Source: Raja brachyura (taxonomy: Eukaryota). Taken from it: DNA of 64,000 nucleotides. Location: NCBI GenBank assembly GCA_963514005.1, contig OY740795.1, positions 4,402,001 to 4,466,000 of the forward strand, in the 5' to 3' direction. The translations under genes were made by a program, and so were the position numbers. Shown here in pieces: positions 54,010-64,000 of the stretch. Below the pieces are notes generated by a model, which was not told the origin of the DNA, did no database searches, and saw only the letters and a program-made list of their open reading frames with translations. Numbering within the stretch: position 1 is the first letter of the stretch; every line of letters begins with the position of its first letter.

Positions 54010-55078
54010 GTGGGGGGGAGTGTTAGGGTGAGGAGGATGCTAGGAGGCTACAAGTTGACTTGGATAGGTTGGGTGAGTGGGCAAATGCATGGCAGATGCA
54101 GTATAATGTGGATAAATGTGAGGTTATCCACTTTGGTGGCAAAAACAGGAGTAGACTATTATTTATATGGTGGCCGATTAGGTAAAGGGGCGATGCAACG
54201 AGACCTAGGTGTCATGGCATACCAGTCATTGAAAGTCATTGGCATGCAGGTGCAGCAGGCAGTGAAGAAAGCGAATGGCATGTTAGCATTCATAGCGAAA
54301 GGATTTGAGTATAGGAGCAGGGAGAATCTACTGCAGTTGTACAGGGTCTTGGTGAGACCACACCTGGAGTATTGCCTACAATTTTGGTCTCCTAATCTGA
54401 GGAAAGACATTCCTGCCATAGAGGGAGTACAGGTAAGGTTCCTACACCTGCACCTATTTTCTATGTTTCTATGTTTCTACAGCCATCAGGCTATTAAACA
54501 CTACAACCTCAAATAAGCTCTGAACTAAAACAGACTATTATTGTTAATATTGCAGTCTTACTGTTTATTTTGTTGTGAGTATGTATGCGTGCGACAGATT
54601 CCTGGGATGTCAGGACAGTCTTATGAACAAAGACTGCATAGACTCGGTTTATACTCTCTAGAATTTAGGAGATTGAGAGGGGATCTTATAGAAACGTACA
54701 AAATTCTTACGGGGTTGGACAGGCTAGATGCAGGAAGATTGTTCCCATTGTTGGGGAGGTCCAGGACAAGGCGTCACAGCTTAAGGATAAGGGGGAAATC
54801 CTTTAGGACCGAAATGAGAAGGACTTTTTTCACACAGAAAGTGGTGGGTCTCTGGATCTCTCTGCCACAGAGGGTAGTTGAGGCCAGTTCATTGGCTATT
54901 TTTAAGAGGGAGTTAGATGTGGCCCTTGTGGCTAAGGAGATCAGAGGGTATGGAGAGAAGGCAGGTACGGGATACTGAGTGGGATGATCAGCCATGATCA
55001 TATTGAATGGCGGTGCAGGCTCGAAGGGCCGAATGGCCTACTCCTGCACCTAATTTCTATGTTTCTATGTTTCTATGT
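54010..55078 (+). mobile_element. CR1 LINE 3' fragments (two pieces, with Rex1-type tail between)
   Basis: QVQQAVKKANGMLAFI..RPHLEYC.QFWSP; RLGLYSLEFRRLRGDLIETYKIL; (tttctatg)n tail. Confidence 0.85.
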
Positions 55079-55167
55079 TACGAGTGTTTAAAAAATCTTG
55101 AAATCAGCTGACAATCACCATGATGAAGGTAACACCCCTTCCGTTGGGGGGGGGGGGGGGGCACAAA

Positions 55168-55540
55168 TTGCTACAAAATTCAGTTTGGTGGCTTGCACTC
55201 TGCCTGAAATACTACGAAAATCAGTTTGGTGGCCTGCACTATGCCTGAAATGCTACGAAATTGAGTTTGGTGGCCTGCAGGCTACCTGAAATGCTACGAA
55301 GTTGAGTTTGGTGGCTTGCACTCTGCCTGAAATACTACGAAATTCAGTTTGGTGGCCTGCACTATGCCTGAAATGCTACGAAATTGAGTTTGGTGGCCTG
55401 CAGGCTACCTTAAATGCTACGAAGTTGAGTTTGGTGGCCCATACTCTCTCTGAAATGCTACGAAATTGAGTTTGGTGGCCCACACTCTGCTTGAAATGGT
55501 ATGAAATTGATTTTGGTGGCCCGCACTCTGCGTGAAATGG
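55168..55540 (+). repeat. minisatellite, ~40-41-bp unit (tgctacgaaattgagtttggtggcctgcactatgcctgaaa), ~9 copies
   Basis: Direct inspection. Confidence 0.9.
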
Positions 55541-55557
55541 AATTTCAAGGAATAGCC

Positions 55558-55805
55558 GTGATTGATCTACCAGCCCACCAGCCCCGAGTGACTGATCTGC
55601 CAGCCCACTAGCCCTGACTGACTGAGCTGTCAGCCCACCAGCCCTGAGTGACTGAGCTGCCAGCCCACCAGCCCAGAGTGACTCAGCTGCTAGGCCACCA
55701 GCACTGAGTGACTGAGCTGCCAGTCCACCAGGCCTGAGTTACTGAGCTGCCAGCCCACCAGGCCTCAGTGACTGAGCTGCCAGCCTACCAGGCGTGAGAG
55801 CTAGC
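55558..55805 (+). repeat. minisatellite, 30-bp unit (gtgactgagctgccagcccaccagccctga), ~8 copies
   Basis: Direct inspection. Confidence 0.9.
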
Positions 55806-56706
55806 CCAAGAATCCATCCGGCCCACAATGTCCACACTAGCCCTCCGGAAACCAGTCCCTTCGGCCCACAACAACCATACTAGCGTTCCGGAAAGCCACA
55901 GGCCACCAATATTGGAATTGACGGAGAGGTGGAAAAATGCGTTGGGGGACCAGCCCTCCCGTGTGAACATGGGACCCAACGGGTCCCACTTAGTCTAGTA
56001 TATATAAAGATATATATTTATATATGTGTGTATTTGTGCGTATGTGTATATATACACACTGGACTTTCTCTCTCTCGTTTATCATATTGGTTATAGTGTA
56101 CTATGTTTACATATGCCGTTGTGTTGCAGCAAGTAAGAATTTCATTGTTCTATCTGTAACATAAGACAATAAAACACTCTTGACGCGCCAGTATTCAACT
56201 GCTATTCCAGCCCAGGTTGCAACGATTAGGCACGAAAATCCAGGTAATGCTAAACGACCCAAAGTCGTTGGTCGGCCGCTCTCTTATCAAACGACATGTT
56301 CCACGTCAGTACAATATCATCAATAATGTATTTTCAACCATGTAGTGTATCTATGGTCCTCTTTATTCCTGAATGTGACTCCAGGCATATGACAAAGTGA
56401 TTTGGCCTGAATTGATGATGAACCATATGCTTTACTCTTGCCACAAATTACTATATCCTTATTTTAACAAAATTAAATGGTAGATGTCAACTTAATTTGA
56501 TGGAATTTTATTTCGCAGTTATTGATCACCGGTGCACTATAACCAATGGGATTCGTTGTCCATTTTTAATCGATGTCTCATATTAGCATTATAGCTGACC
56601 ATAAACAATACAATCACCAGCTCATGCACAGTTCCAATACAGGGAAACACTTTATTATTCCTCTTTATTAACATTGCAAATGAAATAAGGATTTACTCAG
56701 TTAACC

Positions 56707-58978
56707 TCATTGTTTCAATCGTTGGGTAATTAAATCAAATGGATATTTCACCGCGCCTTTTAACTGCTCTCTAAATTTGGTCTGCGTCCCTGCGTAAATG
56801 CACGTGTTGGTGCAGGAACTGAGAAGCTGCAACATGTACCCGCTTTCTTGCAGGATAAACTTTGGATCGTTGCCATTTGACACGACGGAGTAGGTATTGC
56901 TTGTAATTTGTACAAACGCAAAATTTACAACGTAGGTCAACCACAAGAGAATAAAACTGCCCGATATGGCGAAGAGTAAAATTATAGACTTTCTCCTGCT
57001 CTCCATTTCGGGGTCACTCTGTTTCTCGCCATTGCTTTGGGCCCGGAGTCTCCTGCGAGCTCTGCTGGCGGCGAGAATGAATCTGACTGTAAAAGCGTTG
57101 AACAGCAGAATCATGAGGAACGGGAGGCAGGGGTTCAAAATTCGGTCCAGCCAGTCATAAACCCTCCAGCCAACGCTAGTGTAATTAATTTCTTTGATGC
57201 TGCAGTACCAGGGTATGTTATTCGCAACATAAACAGGCTCGTAAATGAAGTAAAAGGGAACGTTTTTCAGACAGCCCACCACGCAGACGACTCCTATAAC
57301 AAGACCCGCGGTTTTTTCGGTGCAGTACTTCAGCTTTAGCTGTTGGCAGCAAATGGCGATGAATCGGTCGAAGGTGAAAGCGACTGTTAACCAAACGGAA
57401 GTGTCTCTGGCAGCGCAGCTGAGGACAATACCCAGACTGCAGGCTGGTGTGGTGGACAGGAATGTAACTGGGAAATAAATCGCCCGGAGCCGGCTTAATA
57501 TGACAGCTGTGATAATGACCAGGAAATCCGTCACGGCCATGGACACCAGGTAGCGAGTGATGCACTTGGAGAGGCCGCACTTTCCTTGAGAAAGGATCGC
57601 AATTGTCACCAGGTTGGCTGTAAGGGGAAGAGACACGAGACAGGTTAGTGATCATTCGACCTCCGAGTTTACCAGTTAGAGAAAAGCTGTTATCAAATAA
57701 TTCATCCAAAAAAGTCACATATGTATGTTCCCCAGAGGTGCTGCATAACCCTCTGAGTTTCTCCAGCACTTTGTAGTCTGTTTTTTTCACATATCTAATA
57801 ATTGTTTTAGTGGTTTAACTTTATCGGCTTATCGATAGTTATCCATTTATAAATAAAAATATTTATCATAAATACAATTAAATTATCAAACGGAAAATAA
57901 GATGCAACATTTATTTCCAAGTGTGAAGCCTTTCCTATTGCAGCAGAACACACGAATCATGAAAAGGTCAAACAACGCATCATGTTGAATGGGCGAGTGT
58001 TCTAATAAATCTCAACGCAATGCGTGGTTTACAAGGCAATAAGAAGCAAAATCAAACTATGAAGATATTGTAATAAACTTTTAAGCTGCCTGGAATACAA
58101 GAAAGTCACTGTAAATGTCATTGATATTGAACATGTCCGTGGTTAATGTAAATATATCAAAGAAGATCAGATGATATTATATGCAGCAGCCAGCGAAAGT
58201 AATGCCACAGAACAAATATTTGAACGCTAATCCAACTGTTATTTCTTGCGTCGCTTCAAGAAGGAATTTTGTTTTTTGTTGCAAGTAGGTATAATTTTTT
58301 ACGGCCAATAACCGGGATCTTTCTCCCTCTATTGTGTCAGCTCAACGCCTCGTTAGCAAAGCTCCGTGCTCCGTGACGATTATAATTATAAATATATCAG
58401 ATCATAATTAGCAGCGGATCATTTTGTGATGTTGTCTTCTCCAACCATCTGAAAGTAGAGAGTGGAGACCCGAAAGGAAGACAGGCCAGACGTAAAAAAC
58501 TAAGGAACCACCAAATTATTAAGAAAAAGGAATTTCGGAGCTAGATTAGACAGTTATGACTAAACCTTGACTGTGTCTTAATAGCCCAATATCATGCTGT
58601 AAAATAAATGATTCTTCCAATAATATAAAGAGAATAATTATATAACCAGATTCCCTTTCAAAGTTACTCGATCGTATTCTTATTTCGTAAAGAGAACAGA
58701 ACGAATATAACCAGATTCCCTTTCAAAGTTACTCGATCGTATTCTTATTTCGTAAAGAGAACAGAACGAATATCAATCGATAGTTAAGGCGTAACGCGGC
58801 ATATATTCGATACGCAGCCTGCGTCTGAAGATTAAAGGTACAGTCGACACTCTATTCCACTTAGATTTGGTCAAACCTTGAATACTCGTTTAGTCGTCCA
58901 AACTTTACCTAGAACACCGAAAGCGGCAAGAATAGAATAATAAATGGCAAAAACTGGTCCATTTCCAGGAGCATGCAT
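56707..58978 (-). CDS. GPR139/GPR142-like class A GPCR, gene 5 (subfamily B-like); exons complement(join(56707..57617,58909..58978)), 326 aa
   Basis: Exon 1 MHAPGNGPVFAIYYSILAAFGVL-G|gtaaag. Acceptor cttccccttacag|CC. Intact 7TM ORF with DRF, WYC and NTCIY. Confidence 0.9.
58641..58770 (+). repeat. perfect 65-bp tandem duplication in intron of gene 5
   Basis: tataaccagattccc...agaacgaa occurs twice, at 58641 and 58706. Confidence 0.92.
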
Positions 58979-59065
58979 TTTTCGTGACAGTGTGCTTGTT
59001 AGTCGTAGCTTCTGAAATAAGTATTTGACGCTTCTACTTATAGCCCATGTCAGCCGCCGAGGCAG

Positions 59066-59104
59066 CAATTAACTTGGATCATGATGCAATTTTCCGAACA
59101 AACA
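59066..59104 (-). promoter_or_regulatory. conserved bipartite upstream motif of gene 5 (TGTTTGTT-N25-TAATTG)
   Basis: Same motif pair and spacing as genes 1-4. Confidence 0.5.
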
Positions 59105-59542
59105 AATGTAAGCAGTCATTTTCACGCTTGTGCTAATTAATCAGGGGAAAATGCTCTAACATTTAAGACCGAATAATATAAAGTTCAGTTAAAAATTAAA
59201 TCCTTGTAAAGTAAAATTAAATGGCAATCTAAGAAAATAAGAAGAATAGTAGAATTTCAAAATACACTTGATAAAATATAAATAAATACAAAGTTGTAAA
59301 ATTGGTGCTAAATTGGCTGGACCAGAGACTGTGCAGAGGTAAACCATTGTTTTCAGACGGGTGGAAATTTCACAATGGAGTTCCAAATGCGTCTGCTTGA
59401 AGGCTCTAGATGATTCCCCGATTCATGAAGCAAGCTATAAATTCAAGACTTGTAAAAAATATACTGGAAAGGAAGTTACCAGGCGTGATATTTGATGAAT
59501 GCTTTCCTAGATTCAGGGCGATCGGTGAGTCCCAGCAAACGG

Positions 59543-62500
59543 GTAGAATAGTAAGATTAAACATGAACTTACCAGTTTGAAGTTTGATCTTTATTTTATG
59601 AGGAGTTACGATGAGGGATTACGTGAAGAACCCCGACTGCCCGCAGAGCGTGTCAATATTCAAAGCACCGGTGTGAAATCACAGATAATAGTGACTGAAG
59701 TATAAAAGTAAGAAAACAGAAGACTAGAACTACCAGATGACATTTAAGAGGGTTGGGAGCGGAGGGCACGTAATCCCTCATCGTAACTCATCATAAAATA
59801 AAGATCAAACTTCAAACTGGTAAATTCTCGTTTAATCTTACTATTTTACTTCGGAGTCACGTGAGTGACTACGTGAAGATTTCAAAGCTCTGTGATTTCA
59901 CGCCGTGAAAACGAGTCTACACAGCCACAACTGTTTCATTGACAAATTAAGGAAAATATATTCATAATACACACAGTTATGACATAGATTTAAACATGCT
60001 AATGTTATTAATAAAGTAATAATAATAGTCCCGCCTTTCACTCGGATGGAATCTATAATCAATAAAATAGAGTTGACAAATACCCTTGGTCTAGTAATGG
60101 GTTAGTATAAATGTTTGAAATTCGTTCGTTTGACCATGCTGCAAGCGTTAGGACTTGGTCCAATGGCACGTACGACCCTTGCTGCTGATGTTATAGCAGC
60201 CCTGATGGGGTGATAACTAGAATCAGTATCTACTCCTACATAATCAAAGTCAATTTTATCCTCTGGAAGTGACCTGAACAGATACGTTCATATACGTTTT
60301 TGTGACTAACAACATAACCAGTTCAGAGCCTCGAAGACTTACAGTGACCTAACGTATGATTATATATGTATCCTCACTTTACCAAATGTCCCTGGGTATG
60401 CCGTGAACTATTTAAGACACCACTTGTGCTGTGCTTAAGTGAATTATAAGCATACATATTACATATTATTGTTTACAGACGTAATCATCTTGTTCCATCG
60501 CAACTATGTAGCGACTAAACCTGTTGCGCTAACCAGCGCTAGGAGGATAACCACCTATGAGATCCAGCGAAACTAAGGATGTAGCTGGACCCCCCTGATG
60601 AAAAGTGTTCACACAATGTTGACATCCCATACTGCATTGTACTTGTCCTGGGAAACATTGTGTTAAAGATATGCTTACCAACTTGATATCCAGAGTGAAC
60701 CCGACAGTGCGGGTCTTGTTTGCTGCAGCCAGTACAATGAGAAGGCACGTTGGCACAGTTAATGGCCGTACAACTTAATTATTGACAAAGATCATTTAAA
60801 ATGAACTCCAAACATCAGTAATTTGTACCGTCTTCAATGCTACATGAACATTCAACAAACGTTTTCCATCTCCTGGAAAAGAAAGTCCTGCTTTTTTGGT
60901 GCTATCGCAGCACACTGAACATATACAAGGACTGATGTGACAACTCCAGCCGTAAATCAGTCTATTGAATCTGCAGAACATAATTTGATTTTAACATGCA
61001 ACGGCTGATTTCTCAAGCCACAGACTGCTCCAGAAAGTTACATTAAATAAAATAACCATATAAGGTTATATTATTATTCCCGACAACCGGAATCAAAGTT
61101 GCACAGGCCAATCACACAATAGGAACCTAAACGGCTCTTAACGACTTCATTTGAAGCCCCGAGAAATTAAGCAAAAGGAGGAAGACACAAAGACCTTCCT
61201 TCTCCCTGTAGCGAGAATGTATTTTTCGCCACTGATGTGCCACATATTTTGCAACCCGTGAAAAAGCATGAAACAAACATATGTACATTCGGTGTAATTC
61301 AACTCCCGTTCTGTGTTGTCATGGACCTATACCTGATGTTACTCCAGTGGCCAACGAGATTATGTAACCATAACAGGATTCTTTACTTGATTACACCCAC
61401 GTGACTAACATATGCCACCGTCATAACGTGTCAACATGAAGTTGAGCATGCAGATATGCATGTCCGCTCAATTACTCTTAACCCACAAAATGCGTAGGGT
61501 CTATAGATATTTGACACTAATAACAGAAGAATTGGCAATTCATACAAATCTCCTCTACCTCCAAAGCAGAGATGATATTGGCAATTTCCCATTCTTAGAC
61601 CATTAGCATCATTTTGCAATGTAATTAGATATTTATTGCTTAACCTACTGTAAACAACGCTGAACAATGTCTATCCATCATTGCGACTTAGGCAGTTTCA
61701 GCTGATAATAGTAAAGTGTGTCAACCATGAACCACATGGTACTTCAGAGTTCTCCATTTATGATGATTTCAATTCTTCCACTTGCACGGCTGAACCACAT
61801 CCATGATATTGCCAATTAGTCTTAATGACTAGAATACTGTTTTATAACAACAACGCTGTAACAGACTTCTATTGCCTCCAATCTGTTGCCTAGGACGGTG
61901 TCATAAACCAATTGATAACTCAATGTAAATTGTAATTACCTGATAGTGTGCATGGAACCTCTGGTCAGCTTTCATGCTGCTACCAGCTTCAGTGACCCGC
62001 TTACCATCATCCTGCAGGATTTGCCTGTTGAATAGGTCTTAACTGACGAACAGATTCGGCGGCTGGGTCTAATGTCCCCCTGATAGCGGTGTTCACTTCA
62101 GATGTGTTGTGATGGCAAATCTTGTTGTCAGTAATAATATCTGACACGTGACCGTCATCCATTTTGGTATGTTTACGGCTATACCATCACTCTCCTCCTT
62201 CATGAGGAAGCCATTAAACAGCCCTACCACAAGGCGCTGCTGGCGCGGCCCCTCAAATTGACCGACTGCCATGGGCCCGGCGTCAGACTAAACTGACCCG
62301 TTGGCTTTAATGTGTCGGGGTATGCTCTCTGCAACATCTCCAACAAGTCTATTTGATAACAACTTAATTTTAATTGAATAGAGGAGCCCAATTTCTCAAA
62401 CATGGTTTGAGACTGAAAACAGTGGATTATACTATTATAGTGCCTCATCACAGCAATGCCTCCACCAAATATCTCCAATGATACTGTAACTGGGCACCTC

Positions 62501-64000
62501 TATGACTCCAGTTGTTAACCAGCTATTTTTCATAATGAACAGGCCACACCTAATGAACCTGTCTGCTAATTTTAACTTGTCTAAAACCATCATAACCATA
62601 ATTCTGACCTGCCTCGACAGACAAGTCTGCACAATTTTTTGAACCCATCTTGAGGGCAACCCTGGTCAAAGTACTACACCTAGCTAAACACAATTCTGAT
62701 CCAATACCAGCCTGATTAGAATGTTAGTATCGTCCAATTTTGCATGTTTTGATGCCTCTAAATTGAATGTCTTGATGATTTGAATTGTTCAACCAAATGT
62801 AAATCTTATCCACTTGTAAATGGTTCCTTGCTGTAGAACTCCAGTGTAAGAGCAAACTGCCCCGGGAAGCTCACCTCTCCCATGAGGGAAACATTATGCA
62901 GCCCTTCTACATATGTTGCTGCCTACATTATGAAGGCCTGCTACAAGGTGCTGCTAGCGTCGCTCTCCCATATGCCGGTGCTACCATAGCCTTGGCCGTA
63001 ATATAAAGCAGCCCTGCTACAAGGCGCTGCTGCTGTGGCCTCTCCCATAGGCCGGCGCTGCCATCATTGATATCTCATAACGCAGCCCTGTACAATAGGT
63101 ACTGCTGGCTCTGGCTCACCCATATGCCCGGCATTGCCATAGACTCGACATCCATTAAAGCAGCCCTGTACAATAGGTACTGCTAGCTCGGGCTCATCCT
63201 TATGCCCGGCTTCCCGTCAAGCAGCCTTGTGCAATAAGTGCTGCTAACGTATGCCCGGTATTGCCTTAAATTTGGCATCCCCTCAAGCAGCCCTGTGCAA
63301 TAGGTGCTGCTGACTCGGGCTTATCCATATGCCTGGCATTGCCATAGATTCGGCATCCCATAAAGCAGCCCCGTGGAATAGGTGCTGCTGGCTCAGGCTT
63401 ACGTATATGTTCATCATTAACGAGAATCAACATCCCCTAAAGCAGTTCTGTGCAAAAAATGTGCTGCTAGCTCAGGCGCACCCATATGCCCGGCACTATC
63501 ATAACTCATGTAGTTGGGATGTATCTAGATGGACCCTCCTTTCCACAAGGGCTCCATCCTGGTCAACTTAAAATGTTTCCATACCTGGAGGGAAACCCTC
63601 CCGGCATCAGGGCTGACCATATTGGTCGGTCCCCCCCCTGTCCGATAACTACTGCGGTCTGGTCAGCTTCAGCCCCATATTGTGGGCCACTGCGGTCTAA
63701 AACCGCACTGCTGCTGAAGTTCCGCTCCCCGGGAACCCAGCGTTCAGAAGTCACTGACCGTTTTGTCAGTGACTGAGCTTCACGAGCCCGATATTCTCCA
63801 GCTGCCCGCTTCCGCGGTAGGACCGGGGTCTCCCCACAGCCCGCAGCTGGTTCCCTGGTCGGCACCTGTGAAGCACCCGGCAGGAACCTCTGCGGAAGAA
63901 AAGATTCCCGCAGGACATCAAAAAACAGGTAAGAAATAACTTACTTGGAGTTTAACCTTACCTCTGGCAGGAGCGACATACCTGCCAGACCGGTGCTTCG
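59543..64000 (-). mobile_element. decayed DIRS1-like tyrosine-recombinase retrotransposon
   Basis: An 83-bp inverted repeat pair (59543-59625 and 59767-59849) is typical of the terminal repeat/ICR end. The minus-strand remnant RAA.TSAA...VPLDQVLTLAAWS near 60130-60210 resembles a YR C-terminus. A degenerate tandem repeat lies at ~62930-63500. Confidence 0.7.

Larger units (their letters stand above)
55080..55998 (+). mobile_element. Helitron-like non-autonomous element carrying two minisatellites
   Basis: 3' hairpin TGGGACCC-AAC-GGGTCCCA (55970-55988), then CTAG (55995-55998) followed by T. The 5' end is not defined. Confidence 0.55.

Noticed and set aside
55168-55805. regular repeats superficially like a CRISPR array
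   Set aside because: Head-to-tail minisatellites without unique spacers, in a vertebrate genome with no cas genes.

Overview
This is eukaryotic vertebrate genomic DNA from a draft assembly with four N-gaps. The repeat landscape (CR1, Rex1/Babar, Penelope, Tx1/L1, DIRS, Tc1) and gene content point to a cartilaginous fish, probably a skate or ray; this is inference. The window holds five intact two-exon rhodopsin-class GPCR genes of a GPR139/GPR142-like family. Each has a 70-nt first coding exon (start 'MH..'), a phase-1 intron inside TM1 and a ~0.9-kb second exon. Three T-cell-receptor alpha/delta-type V segments with recombination signal sequences (RSS) lie among them, all on the minus strand. 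One GPCR plus a V-segment site were co-duplicated as a tandem cassette, and in one copy the V exon plus RSS has been cleanly removed. A second tandem duplication made two near-identical V segments. All five GPCR genes share a fixed-spacing upstream motif (forkhead-like TRTTYGTT, 24-25 nt, homeodomain-like TAATTG/TAATGA). The rest is decayed transposable elements, including a full-length Tc1 with an empty paralogous site, a TSD-flanked L1 fragment, a Helitron-like element carrying minisatellites and a decayed DIRS retroelement. The main candidate system is an expanded, atypical GPR139-like receptor array embedded in, and duplicating with, an antigen-receptor V array.
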